The notes beneath the pieces were generated by a model. It was not told where the DNA came from and did not search any database. It saw only the letters and a list, made by a program, of their open reading frames with translations. The translations under genes and the position numbers were made by a program. Below, piece by piece: positions 16,510 through 40,164 of a stretch of DNA of 64,000 bases (position 1 is its first letter; each line of letters begins with the position of its first letter). Source of the stretch: the human T2T-CHM13v2.0 reference genome, Homo sapiens; assembly GCF_009914755.1 (NCBI RefSeq), contig NC_060947.1; one strand, 5' to 3'.

Positions 16510-16835
16510 TTTTCTTTTTTTTTTTAACTTATGAATGAATGAATGAATGAATGACATGGTGTCGCTCTGTTGCCCTGGCTAGAGTGCAGTGGTACAATCA
16601 TAGCTCACTGCAACGTTGAACTCCTGTGCTCAAGCAATCTTCCTGCCTCAGCATCCCGAGTAGCTAGGACTACACGTACTACCATGCCTGGCTAATTTTT
16701 TTTTTTTTTTTCTTTTTGCTAGCAATGAGTTCTCGTTATGTTGCCCAGGCTGGTCTCGAACTTCTAGCCTCAAAAAGGTTAGTCCTACTTTGGCCAAAGT
16801 ACTGGGATTACAGGCATGAGACATCATACCTGGCC
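16510..16835 (-). mobile_element. AluJ with (ATGA)n tail
   Basis: Alu consensus. Confidence 0.9.
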
Positions 16836-17241
16836 TTTTTTTCTTTTCTTTTCTTTTTTCCCCAGTGCTACCTTTTTACATTCCATATACTTCCCCTGCA
16901 TATTCCACAGGAAATTCTAGCTTTTAAAACAATTTGAGGAAAAGTAAAAAGTACAGGGTTTTTTTTAACTTCTCAAAAATATACCACATTAACAAGGTTC
17001 AGTTAACTAACTGGGTCCTTTTTTAAGAGGCACAAATTTTAGTGGATTGTACTCAGATTTGTGTTTGTCATTTTGTACCCATGTAGGTGTAGTCTAAGAA
17101 TAAGCTCTCTTAAACCCAAAATGTGGGATCACAAAATATATTCAATTCCCCTCTCTCTTTGTTCCTGACGTGTTTGGCAATTCAAGCCTCAATTTTCCTT
17201 ATGTGTAAAATAATGATGATAACCTAGTTTATAGAGTTTCA

Positions 17242-17576
<335 letters not shown>

Positions 17577-18553
17577 TTGTATGTGTAAAAGTGCCTAGCA
17601 AAATGCCTGGCATGTAGTAGGCATTATTGTTATCATTTTCATTATTATTGTGTCTTACAAAGCATTTTATATGTATGGTGAATTATTTTCTTCTCTATCC
17701 TTTCTCATATTCCTAAGTTCTTTGCTGCTGCTACTACTGCACAGCACTGCTGTGAGATATGCCAAAAGGGTGGTAAAGGAATGTTCAAAGGCTTAGGATA
17801 TGTTTTTAGCACATCTAAGTGAAACCATTTTGTGTGACTCATCCTGTCCACAACTTTCCAATTAAAGTTTGGATTATTTTCTTCTTTTTTAAATCTCAAA
17901 TTAAAATCTCAGTTTTCACCTATGTATAATAGAGTTAGTTAACACTGAATTTTTTTATTAAGTGCTTTTATGCAACTGGCAAATGTAAGAGGTAAGCATT
18001 TATGCCATTCAGCATAGTTATATAGCTTTTCAGTAAGGACCATATGGCAAAAGGTGCTGTCAGCATTCACACAGCAAACGTGTGTACTTCATTTCATGGC
18101 AGTTTCAGTATGTCTGCTATACAATAAACCTTACTGGCAACCTCGCTAGACACCCCTGTTAGCAACAGACTTGCCCAGCTGATCCGATTCTGCCAGCACT
18201 CCAGTCCTGGGGCTGAATGACACACTAGCTTCTTGCCATGCAATGAAGCATTAGATGACTTAGATGCCTAGGCTGCCTAGGAATAGGTCCAAGCATCCAG
18301 GCCCCAAGAGACTGTAATATCCTCAAGCCAGGGAAAGACCAGCTAAGACAAGGTAAGTGAAAGTGAGCCTCAGAGCAGAGGAGAGATTCAGCAGAATGAA
18401 AGAATTACAGGAGCCAGCCAGAAAAGGAGACTGAAAAGGTGGGGAGATGATCTTCTCCCCTGAAGCTGGAGGGTCATGGGCATGTGATAATTGTGGCAGC
18501 AGGCTTCATATTCCTTTAAAAATCAACTTAAAACTATTTTTTATACTTTTAAG

Positions 18554-18648
18554 GTATTATGAAGACAGATAACACAGAAGTTCTTCTCTCTGCTGACTTC
18601 ACTGGAGCAATCAAAGTGTTTGTTAATAAAAGAAAAAATGTATCTTAA
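18554..18648 (+). CDS. WDR44: WDR44 last coding exon (GIMKTDNTEVLLSADFTGAIKVFVNKRKNVS*)
   Basis: tatacttttaag| acceptor, phase 1 continues the frame, TAA at 18646-18648. Confidence 0.96.
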
Positions 18649-19690
18649 TTTGAAATGGCATTTAAAATAAACATATCAGTAAGTTTCTATATGTATCAAA
18701 ACTGAAAAAATAGTGTTCCAGGCTAACATACTTTTTTAATTTTTATTGAAAGTTGTTCAAATATAATATATTTTTTGAGAGGCAGTGTTAATGATCTAGG
18801 AAACCCTGGGCTGATAGAGTAGAAAGGAATATGGCTAGAATAACATTGCCAAACATTAGGCTTTATGTTTTGTTATGTTTGTGTTTTCGTTGTATAATTA
18901 TGAACATGCACAAGTTTCTGCATGAAAAGATATTAATATATTAATCACATGTATGTGCCTTTTGGTTACATGCATTAAATCTAACAGAGTTAAATTATTT
19001 CAGTGGCTCTTTTGGCCTCTTACTAGGGGGGATAGTCTTGTTTCTAGCTTAAACAATTTTTTTTTTGCACAAAATTTCATTTTTAATAAAAGTGGTATCT
19101 TTTGACTGAGTTATTGTTTTGAAAATGGTATATAGGTTTCCAGTAGGTCAACAACCATATGTAAATGGTTTTTATAAATTTCTCAATTTGGGGACAAGAT
19201 TTTTTTGTGGTCTAAATTGTGGGCTTAAGATTCTTTTCTTTATATGTGTACATATAATTTTTTTTTCTTTGCCACACTGGAGCACAATGTTTCTATGTAA
19301 AGAATTATTTTCATTCTTTATCCATGAGCACCAGGCTTTGCTCACTTAAAAAAAAATTAAGCCACATTAAGGAGTGAGTCTTCTTTTTTACAATAATGTA
19401 AAAATTAAACTGTTTACATTTTTTTAAAGCATTGTAGTTTTTAAAAATTAAGCTGTTTTGTTTTGTGTTGTTGAATTTGAAAGCCTTTGTAAATATCAAT
19501 ATAATGTACCAATGAAATAACATCTGGGGCAATGAAACCCTGATCATGTTGTTGATGGTTAGCATATGTTTCTGAAAATTAAATATGTATTATTAAAAGT
19601 TGGTCTCCAACACTTGTTTAAACATGACTTTATTTTTAATTGACTTCAGTAAATCAAGGAATGCAAGAAAAATAAACTCTTGTTTTAATC
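18649..19690 (+). other. WDR44: WDR44 3'UTR (3' end uncertain, ~19615-19700)
   Basis: Repeat-free AU-rich sequence after the stop, with several poly(A) hexamers, Pumilio elements and miRNA seed matches. Confidence 0.8.
19578..19676 (+). terminator. Distal poly(A) signal cluster (ATTAAA 19578 and 19592; AATAAA 19671)
   Basis: Hexamers with upstream UGUA motifs and downstream U/GU-rich sequence. Confidence 0.6.
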
Positions 19691-20343
19691 ATTTAAATTT
19701 TAGCAACAGAAGACCAGATTTTAGATCCCTAAATTATAATGCATTAGTTACATGCCTTAAAATTTTTTTAATTCTAGCTTTAAATTGAACAGTGCTAAGA
19801 ATTCATCTATATGCTTATATGTTCTTTACTGCATTTGTTTTCAGCATGTAAGTGAGAAGTTGGGGAGCCACGGACATATCCTTGTTGATTAGCACGGTCT
19901 TAGAGTGTTCTAGGCTTTCTAGTAAATTACATATTATTTGTTGCTTTCTTCTTGCCAGTGCTGTGCTTTCTCCCTCTACCCTTCCCCCTCCCCTCTCCTC
20001 ATCTCTCTGGTTGCTTTGGCTTCCTCACTCTCCTGTACTCTCCCTGACTGAATTGTTATGCCATTGGCTTTCTAAAAACCAGGCACAGTTTCTTTAATCT
20101 CAAGGTCTGGGTGGCATTGTGATTGATCCAGTGTTTCTTTTTAAAACTTGATGTCTTCAGCTCTTTGAGGCAGCTTGGCTTTCACTAACTTCTGCCTGAG
20201 AACTTGTAGTCGGCTGTGGTGTTGATTGTTTTAACTGCAGATAATCAGGGTATTATTATATGACTATCTCGTGATAGGTTTTATGTGGTTACTTGACCAA
20301 AAAGACAAAACGAGTTGGGATGCAAGCTTAAAAGCATAATACT

Positions 20344-20631
20344 GGCCGGGCGTGGTGGCTCATGCCTATAACCCCAGCACTTTGGGAGGCCAAGATCACC
20401 TGAGGTCAGGAGTTCAAGACCAGCCTGGCCAACATGGTGAAACCCCATCTCTACTAAGAATACAAAAAATTAGCTGGGCGTGGTGGCGGGCACCTGTAAT
20501 CCCAGCTACTCAGGAGGCTGAGGCAGGATAATCGCTTGGACCCAGGAGGCGGAGGTTGCGATGAGCCAAGATCGCACCATTGCACTCCAGCCTGGGCAAC
20601 AAGAGCAAAACTCTGTCTCAAAAAAAAAAAA
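20344..20631 (+). mobile_element. AluS
   Basis: Alu consensus; aaaagcataatact TSD. Confidence 0.95.
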
Positions 20632-21060
20632 GCATAATACTGACACTTGTTATTGCTATATGAATACACTGAATTTAAAAGGTAGCATCAAAATATATAG
20701 AAAAAAAGAACACTATTTCTCTTTAAAATGAGTTTTAGATATTCTCTATAACGAGTGATATGGTATTATTAAAAAAAAAAAGATCACAGGTTCTAGAGTC
20801 AGGTAAACTTGGATTTGCTTCCTTCCCGTTAGCACATTCCTTGGGCAAGTTATTTATCCTACATTACTACTACTTCCTTATCTGTAATATGGGAATACCT
20901 AACTTAAATTGCAAAGATTTGCTAAGAAATCATGTATGTGTAAAGCTTGGTGCCTAACCAGTAGGTATACTCAACAGATGTACATTTCTTGCTGCCTCTC
21001 GCAAATCCGTGAGTACTCTCTCAGACCAAAAAAAAAAAAAAAGACGATATATGGAAACGC

Positions 21061-21403
<343 letters not shown>

Positions 21404-21609
21404 TGACATAGGGCACAGACATTTTTTAACACTTTTTTAACAGACACCATCTACTATCCCCACTTCATAAAAGATAAAACATTTTAATGCTAAAAACATA
21501 GGCCAAGCACTATCACATAATCTTAGAGCAACCAATAGTCTATTAAAATGAATACACTTGACTTTTGAAATAAGTAATTATATTCCCTTATTTTTCTTAC
21601 GATACCATG

Positions 21610-21940
21610 TTATATTTTTCAATTAAGGAACCAATATTGGTATAATTAACTAAACTCCACGCTTTATTCAGATTTCACTAGTTTTTACCCATATTTGGTC
21701 ATCATGTGTCCTTAGACCCCTCTTAGCCGTGACAATTTCTCAGACTTTCCATGCTTTTGATGACCCTGATAGTTTTGAGGAGTACTGGTCAAGTATTTTG
21801 TTGAATGTACCTCACATTGGGTTTGTCTAATGTTTTTCTCATGATTCAGCTGGGGTTGTGGACTTTAAGGAAGTGAATTGCTCTTTTCATTACATCACAT
21901 CGAGGGTACGTTCTTATCACCTGGCTGAGGTAGTGTCCAT
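21610..21940 (-). mobile_element. Old L1M (L1MC-like) 3' fragment
   Basis: 'ttgatgaccctgatagttttgaggagtactggtcaagtattttgt' typical of L1MC 3'UTR, antisense. Confidence 0.65.
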
Positions 21941-22115
21941 CATATGGGCACAATTTAAGCAATCCATCAAACATTCAGGTTGTGCCTGTTTTTTATCACT
22001 GTGAATAACAATCAGAGATAGAGAAATATATATCTTGTCAGAATTTCCAATTATTGATCGAAGGTGGTAGGTCCTTAAAATGAAAGTACAAAGCATGAAC
22101 TCTTAACAGTAAGCA

Positions 22116-22348
22116 CCAGCCTGGGCAACATGGTGAGACTCCGTCTCTACAAAAAAAAAAAAAAAAAAAAAAAAAATCCAGACGTGGTGATGCATGCCTG
22201 TGGTCCCAGCGAACAGGGAGACTGAAGCAGGAGAATGGCTTGAGCCCAGGGGGTCGAGGCTGCAGTGAGCCATGTTCACACCACTGTGCTCCATGTGCTC
22301 CAGCCTGAGCAACAGAGTGAGACCCTGTCTCAAAAAAAAAAAAAAAAA
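22116..22348 (+). mobile_element. 5'-truncated AluJ with expanded middle A-run
   Basis: Alu consensus. Confidence 0.9.
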
Positions 22349-23097
22349 GAATAAGCGATGTATGAATTACAAGAAATTCCTGCATAGAAATTGGGAACCC
22401 CAATTTGTAGTCCTGGTTGTGGTGGCCTTGTGACTTCAGGAAAGATAAGTAGTTCTCTGCAAGTCTATTAAAATGAAGTCCTTGGACTAAGATTTCTAAC
22501 TCTGATGGTCCATGTGGTCCATGTGCTTGCCGGCAGTCCTTCAGAAACAGTGCAGCTGAGGATTTCCTCACTTTCTCATTCATTTATTCAAATTCCTGCT
22601 GACATAACTTGTGATCTTCTGTGGCATCAGAATGGCACAATCAGTGACTGAGTTCTACTCCTAGAACATCTAATTACAAGATCGGTATATTGAGAAGCAT
22701 TTTCCCTGATTTTTTTTTTCTCAAAATATGTTCATCAACTGGATCAGTATACACTGTCTCCTCTAGGTGGTACCCAACATTTAAAATACTGCAGTGTATA
22801 TTATTTGGATAAGAAGACCAAAAGCATAATTTAAAATTGCTAGGAGAAAATGCCTTAGATTTTCACCATCCCTACTTGGAGAGGGGGAGGAACATTGCAA
22901 CAGATGTCAGTGCTTTGCTTCTCTTAGGACCAGAACCAAACAGAAAGGGGACCAAGAAGCAAGAAAGAATTGCGCTATTCTATTGAACCTCTGAGCAGGT
23001 TGCAAATATTAAGTTTTTAGTGAACCATGAAACCTAAGTTGTTTACAAAACAAAGTGAAGCAGTGCAAATTAGAACTGAATCTGTTTTCTAAGCCTA

Positions 23098-23425
<328 letters not shown>

Positions 23426-24345
23426 CTCAACTATTTTAAGTATGGCCAAAGTGAACTTAAATTGAACCTACCCTTGTTAAGTCAGAGTCCTTAATTAGGA
23501 CAGTCTTCTCTAGAGTGAGTTTTGCATGAGGCAAAAAAGAAAGGCACACTTGGTCAGAATGAAGCTCTGTGTGTGGCAAGAGCAGGAGTGATGAAGTGGT
23601 ATGGCAGCGAGAGGTACAGACAACTGGAGAAGCAGCAGCAGCTGGGACGGACACAGGTGGCAATGGGAGTGGAAGGTGGTGGGAAGCCTCAAAATCCACA
23701 GGAGATCAAGTTGAAGCAGATACAGAAGAGAATCATTCCACTTTATTGATTATTATGGAGTGATTTCACCCATAGAATACGTGTGAAAGTCAATCACAGG
23801 TCCTTGTAAGTAATGTTCAACAAATATTTGATCTGAATTGAGTCTGCTGCAGTGCATACAACAATATGAAAAAGAGTAATTGAAGAGACATTGGAAACTG
23901 ACTTCCTTGGGTCAGTTTTTGCCTTAACATGGTCATTCACTAATCAGTCGAATAAACCGTTAGATAAACCATTAAGTCAGCCAAGCTTCCATGCACCTTC
24001 ATTAGGGAAAGGAGTTATTTTAAGCTTATAAGCAATTCTATGAAAGCTTTCACTCTTGTGCACTAACGTCAAGAGCAGGATATTTTGTTTTTCCTTTTTC
24101 CAAGTCATCTCCTTTCAACCCCATGGGGACTTCTAAAATTGTGGTCTGCTATGCCTTCCTCAGAAGCACCTGGGAATTAGTTTAACGTGCACTGAATCAC
24201 AGTCTGTTGGAGAAGGGATGCAGGAACCTGTTTTCAACAACTTTAAGAATCCCTGAGCTAGGAATAGAAGTTTAAGCAGCTAACTCATTCAGGTAAAGGC
24301 CAAGAGACAGACAAGTAGGGTCACGAATTGCCCAAGGCCTACAGC

Positions 24346-24680
24346 CAGTGGTGTACTAGTAAATGTTTCACAGTCCACCCTCCAAAAAAAACCAAAAATA
24401 AATTTGTAATATTTGCTAATTTCCATGGTGTAAATACTCCCACGGTGGCCAATTTTAAGCTAACAATGTGACATCACCTAACATGGTGCACTGTAGCACT
24501 GTTACATAGTATTTGTACCATAAAGATACAATAAATCTCAAGATCATAAATGGTAGTACAACATAGTAAAATAATCAGGAAGTGATGAGTTTTTAGTAAT
24601 TATTACCTGTATCTTTATTATAACTTCATTGTAATATTGATTTAAATTACGACTGTGTTTAACAAATGGCTTGCAAATTT
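24346..24680. mobile_element. MER63-like hAT DNA transposon fragment
   Basis: Starts ccagtggtgtactagtaaatgttt; internal 'ggtgtaaatactcccac'. Confidence 0.6.
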
Positions 24681-25098
24681 TAATGATCACCTCTCACCAT
24701 TACCTGAAAACATTCTTGAAAAAGACACACATCCCTCCTTTGGCCTGTGGACTAATCAGAGCACATGAGCAATCTCAGAGAACCTGCCATGTGTCAAGTG
24801 AGGAAGGAGAAGTGTTAGGGGAGGCATTGTTTACGGATGGATTTGGCCAGTAATCAACAATCAGGAAGAGCTATTATTGTGTTCATTCCCTGGGGCCTAT
24901 GTGGCCACACAGAACCAAGTAGGCAACTTAGCCTCCTCATTCAGAGGCTTGCCCTAGAGCCTGAGCTAAGAAAAAAGACCACGGGGAATGCACTGCAGCC
25001 CACAGGCAAACTGCCTTCTGCATCTTATACATACTCTAGCCCAGGATTTCTTCAGCACAGACGACCTGCATGAAGTTGTGCTTAAAATGTAATGTCTT

Positions 25099-25718
<620 letters not shown>

Positions 25719-25843
25719 GGCCTGGGCCCCACCCCAGACCTCCAGAATCAGAATCTCTGGGAGCCTGGTGTGGAATTTGCATATTTAGAAACACACCAAG
25801 CAAGTCTGATAAGCACTAAAATTCAAGAACTCCTGGGTTGAAG

Positions 25844-27452
<1,609 letters not shown>

Positions 27453-27513
27453 GGGTAGAACATGAAGGATGAGGAAGACTGGCATAAGGTAAGCTGGGTC
27501 TGGGTCCTTTTGA

Positions 27514-27927
<414 letters not shown>

Positions 27928-28369
27928 TGAGCAAGCAGCTAGGAAAATGTGGCAGTAATCCAGGCAAGAAATGATAGTGGCTTGGACCAGAGTGGTAGCA
28001 GTAGGAGGACAATTCCTTCCCAGGATTAGTTTGAGGATAAAGTCTTGAGCATGAAAAGGATTGAGTGGGGCACAACTGGAAACTACTAGTGCTGTTATTA
28101 AATACAAACCTCATAAAGCAATACGACAGCTTATATTGCTAAACCAAATTGCAAATCAACAAGAAAAGATAGCCATCGGATATGCTAACAACAATGCAGT
28201 ACATCATTTGGAAGGTCATCATTATTCATTAAAAAGGTACCAAAATCCTCCCAGCTCCATCAGCAGGTAAAAAGACATTTCAGGTCTTTTATTTAAACTG
28301 GTGTACACTACTTAGGATAGTTACTTCTGAATTTACACCTAGAGGGTCTGTGTATTGTAGACCTTAAGC

Positions 28370-28721
28370 TGGGGCTCCCCAGCTGCTGGGCCATGGACTG
28401 GTAATGTCCGTGGCCCATTAGGAACCGGACTGCACAGCAGGAGGTGAGCAGCAGGCTGGTGAGCATTTTACCGCCTGAGTGCCACCTCCTGTCAGATCAA
28501 CAGTGGCATTAGGTTCTCATAGGGGCATGAACCCTATTGTGAACTGCGCATTATGAGAGGGACCTAGGTTGCAAGCTCCTTGTGAGAATCTAATGCTTGA
28601 TGATCTGAGGTGGAACAGTTTCATCCCAAAATCATTTCCCACCCCACCCCACCCTACCATCCGTGGAAAAATTGTCTTCCATGAAACTGGTGCCTGGTGC
28701 CAAAAAGGTTGGGGACCACTG
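28370..28721. mobile_element. MER1B (hAT-Charlie), full length
   Basis: Matches recalled MER1B consensus, ends aaaggttggggaccactg; 8-bp TSD ccttaagc/cattaagc. Confidence 0.88.
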
Positions 28722-29119
28722 CATTAAGCAATTATCTCTTATAACCTTGTCCCACGTTCAGAACTGCATAAAAATTCATTTGAAGTCACAGAACCATCAC
28801 TTGGATCGAGTCCATCCCCCTCAACTTCCATTTCTTTGGATGACAGTTTTTTGTTGATCACTTTTTCTTTCAACAATTTTGAAAATAATTGGGAATGGAG
28901 TGATGTGTATGGTATTTTGAAATAACTACTAAATGTCCATCCCCATTCCTGAAAGTGAAGTTCTGAAATATATATATATATAATATATATGTAAATATGT
29001 TTATATATAAAATATATATAAGGTGACAAAATATTACAAAAATTAAGTCAATTATGAATTAAAATGGGCTTTTTAATAGAAAAGTTTTTAAAAATTTCTT
29101 TAAAATGATGCTGCACATC

Positions 29120-29260
29120 AGGGAGTAGAGTGTGTTCTGGCTCTTCCATTAGCTTTATGACTTTGGGCAAATAGCTTCCCTCTCCCTGTGCCTCAGTTTC
29201 CCCATCTGCAAAATAAGGGATTGGACACAAAGATATTTCAATCCCTCCAGCTCTAACTGT
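29120..29260 (+). mobile_element. MIR
   Basis: 'tgactttgggcaaatagcttccctctccctgtgcctcagtttccccatctgcaaaat'. Confidence 0.8.
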
Positions 29261-29349
29261 GGTGATCTCACCACCTAATTTACCTATAGCTGTTTCTTTT
29301 TCCCTCTAGGCTTGCCGTTTGTAGGCCATTGTATAATTTCATTTCACCT

Positions 29350-29364
29350 CCACTAGAGGGTGGC
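29350..29364 (+). promoter_or_regulatory. Candidate CTCF motif
   Basis: CCACTAGAGGGTGGC versus the CCASYAGRKGGCR core, one mismatch. Confidence 0.45.
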
Positions 29365-29588
29365 CAGGGAAAGGAGATGAGGCTCAAACCAGCTATTTGT
29401 ATTCTTTGCCGGCAAAAAACCAAAAAATAATGTTGGCAGAAGAAATCGATATTACATGGACAAGAATGAAACTGGGATTTCAGTTGGTTTCGTTTGTCTT
29501 AGCTGTTATGCTCCTATGTTATACAAAGGAATCATGAGAGAGGTGTTTTACATAATTTTCTTTTAAATTAATATAAGGAAATCAAGCA

Positions 29589-30217
<629 letters not shown>

Positions 30218-30559
30218 TATATACTTGCCTCCTCCAGACTGTATGTCCCCAGCTAATAAATACAATCTCTACTAAATCAATCTTCAAGCACACCCCCTTC
30301 CCATTCTTTGTACTGGAATTTCCAGTCAAGAATTGTGATCAGGAACCTTCCCTGATTCCAATTTGCTTGCCACAGAAAATTCTAGCTCTCTGGCCAACTT
30401 TCTGACCAATTTTGTTTCCCATTACTTCCCAGAAAATATCCTCTACCGGAAAGACACAGCTTTTCATTAAGATCCCACAAACGTAGCCTTGGTGTTTTCA
30501 GGGCTGACCTACTGTGTTGCGATAACGCTGCAAGCTGGAGTCAAAAGATTTTAGTGTAC

Positions 30560-33790
<3,231 letters not shown>

Positions 33791-34900
33791 ACACTCTTGT
33801 CCATACACCAGAGTAGAGTTGAGGTGGCTGTGAAGTCCTGTTTATGTTATTCTGATTATAATTATTCGTGCATTTGTGACTAACTTATTTAAGACCTATC
33901 TCTTGTACTGGATATGAGCTCCTTGAGGGCTGGGATAGTGTCAGGTTTGGCTCATCATTGAATCCGCCACATCTAGGACGGTGCCTAGTATGTAGTAGGC
34001 ACTCAATAAATGTTGTTGAAATCATGGATGAATAAATGGATCCCTGTTTCTGTTAGAGTGTTACCTGATTCATCTCTCTTTCGAGAATCTCAGAGCATTT
34101 CACAGTTTTGTCAAAAATGTACTGCAGTCAGGAGAATCGTTTGAACCTGGGAGGCAGAGGTTGTAGTGAACTGAGATCGTGCCACTGCACTCCAGCCTAA
34201 AAAAAAAAAAAAAAACAAGGAAAAGGAAATGTCCTGCAATCACCTTGGAGAACAGAGGTCACGCTAGAGTTTGGAACAAAATATTACAAAACGACAAAAG
34301 CTGGTTTAAGAGCTTCGGGAAGAGGAACCTACACATGTGACTCTAAAATCGTAGACTGTATCTGGAAAGCCTTGATAAGAAAGATCTCCCTGATGACACT
34401 TGATTTCTGGCATCATCAAATAAAGTTGAATAGAAATACATCATCCAGTCTTGCACAAAAACTCCAGGACACAAACCAAGTAGGCAAAGGAGAAAAACGG
34501 ATTACATGAGCTTTGAGAGGAAAAAAGAAATTATTACTGCCCATTTACTTAGTCATGTTGAATAAATCTTGAGTTGTTAAATAAAACGGATCTTATTCTC
34601 AGTTAACCCACCTGGGGCTCCCTGAGCAGTTGGAAAGAGATATTCTATGAAGAACCCAATCGTTCAGATACTGGGAGGAATCAAACACCTACCTAACAAA
34701 GAAGCAAAGGGATGCCCTTCTGCACTTCCCACATCTTTCCACTGAAGTATCCCAAAGCACAAATGTATGAATGTGGTAAGCACACAATTTTGTTGAACTC
34801 ACAGGTAATATTCCAAAAATCCATGCAAAGTTTGCTTCCTGCTCCATAACATATCCAAATGCATTTTAATATAAAAATACCATTTAAAATTGCTCATTGT

Positions 34901-35218
<318 letters not shown>

Positions 35219-35839
35219 TTACTCATTGTCTAGTAAAATGGAAACCCAGGAAGATGCACCTTGTTGTTTTACATACGACCCCCCTTTCCCAGCCTGTTCT
35301 CTTCCCCAGGCTTACGTATCTCTGTTTGAGAAACAGACCTTTTATCATTGGCTGAAGCTGTTAACCATATTATAATATTTAAATCAGCCTGGCTAGATGT
35401 TGCCGCCTTATACGGGAAAGATTTCCAAAGGTGATGTCAGAAGGGAATCGAGGGGCTCTTTTGCAAGTGAAAACCAAAATGGAATCAATGAGAATGAGAT
35501 TGCCCCAAGGAGATTTCAGTATTTCTCTAAAAACCCTTTTGCTATTCTGCCCCTGTGGCCTAACTTGGGTGATCACTCTAAAACTTTATGCTTCTGGAAT
35601 CCCCACCCCTACAGAAATCACCCAGCCTGTTTGCACAATAGAAACATTGGCCAGTGGAGTATAGGTCATCCAATAGGATTAGAGAAGAGGCTTCTTTTTC
35701 TGACTACAAGAGTAATTTTTATTCATTGTATAACAAATTGAAAAGTATAAAAAGGCAGGAAAAAAAATAAGCTGATGCCCCAAATCGCCTTTTGGCATAT
35801 TTTCTTCCAGCTTTTTTTTCTGCTCTTTTTTTTTTTTAG

Positions 35840-37820
<1,981 letters not shown>

Positions 37821-38121
37821 TACCATAGTCCATGTAAATGGCACTCCCTAGATTTATACATATGTGGTAGCCCTGAACCCCACTATAAAAAAATCCACTG
37901 GCACTGACGCCAGCACCCAAAATAGATGGCTCCCTCCTTTCATCACCTCTGTCAGCACAAAAGGAAGTTCTATGCAGAGCCTGGTTTAATCATCATCCTC
38001 ACTGCCTAATATAAGTTTCCTGAAAGCAAAGCCGAGACCACATGCTTGCAGGCTAGCTGAAAAGGACACTAAGAATACGATGCGAGCATTATAAACTTGG
38101 AATTTTCACAAATATAGGAAG

Positions 38122-38307
38122 TAAGTTTGCCAGATAAAATACAGGATGTCTGGTTAAATTTGAATTTCAGATAAACAAGTAATAATTTTTAATATAAGTG
38201 TATCCCAAACAATTATGGGACGTATAGTAAAAAATTATTTCCTGTTTATCTGAAATTCAGACTTAAACAAGCATCCATGTTCTTATTTGCTAAATCTGGC
38301 AACCCTA
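38122..38307. mobile_element. MER53 palindromic hAT MITE
   Basis: ttgccagataaaatacagga...tgaatttcagataaaca / tgtttatctgaaattca...aaatctggcaacccta. Confidence 0.88.
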
Positions 38308-38389
38308 ATTGAAATGCTATTCAAAAGATTATGGTCAGCTGTGCGGGAATATCTCAAACATCCACTACACTATCATATTGCTTTAGTTA

Positions 38390-39760
<1,371 letters not shown>

Positions 39761-40164
39761 TTTATTTTACTTTTTAATGTGCATGGAGGTTGGGTAATGA
39801 TTAAATAGGCCTTATCCTAATAGTTAGCTAACAAATTATCCTAGTAGGGTTTGTTGAACAAACCAAGAGAGATCTTTTTCAAAACACTTGTCAACGTTGT
39901 AAGTTTCTCTCTTTCATTACCTAATAGCACTGAGCCCTTACAATTTAGCATATTCCTGTGACCCTACCAATAGTAACAGAAATTTCATTTGAACTCCATG
40001 CTATTTACTCACTTTATACATTTAGATTCATAAGCAAAGACATTCAGAAGCTCTCTCTTAGCCAGGCACAGTGGCACATGCCTGTATTCCCAGCTTCTTG
40101 AGAGGCTGAGGTGGGAGGGTAGCTTGATCCCAGGAGTTTGAGGCTGTAATAAGGTATGAGCTAT

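Noticed and set aside
23457-23763. Overlapping ORFs in a purine-rich non-Alu stretch, possible processed pseudogene
   Set aside because: No recognisable protein, poly(A) tail or TSD; more likely a decayed LTR
28061-28270. 69-aa ORF ending near a CAG|GTAAAA donor
   Set aside because: No convincing acceptor or ATG start and no recognisable homology
34385-34460. TGATGA C-box-like motif suggesting a snoRNA
   Set aside because: Intergenic, with no suitably placed CTGA D box or terminal stem
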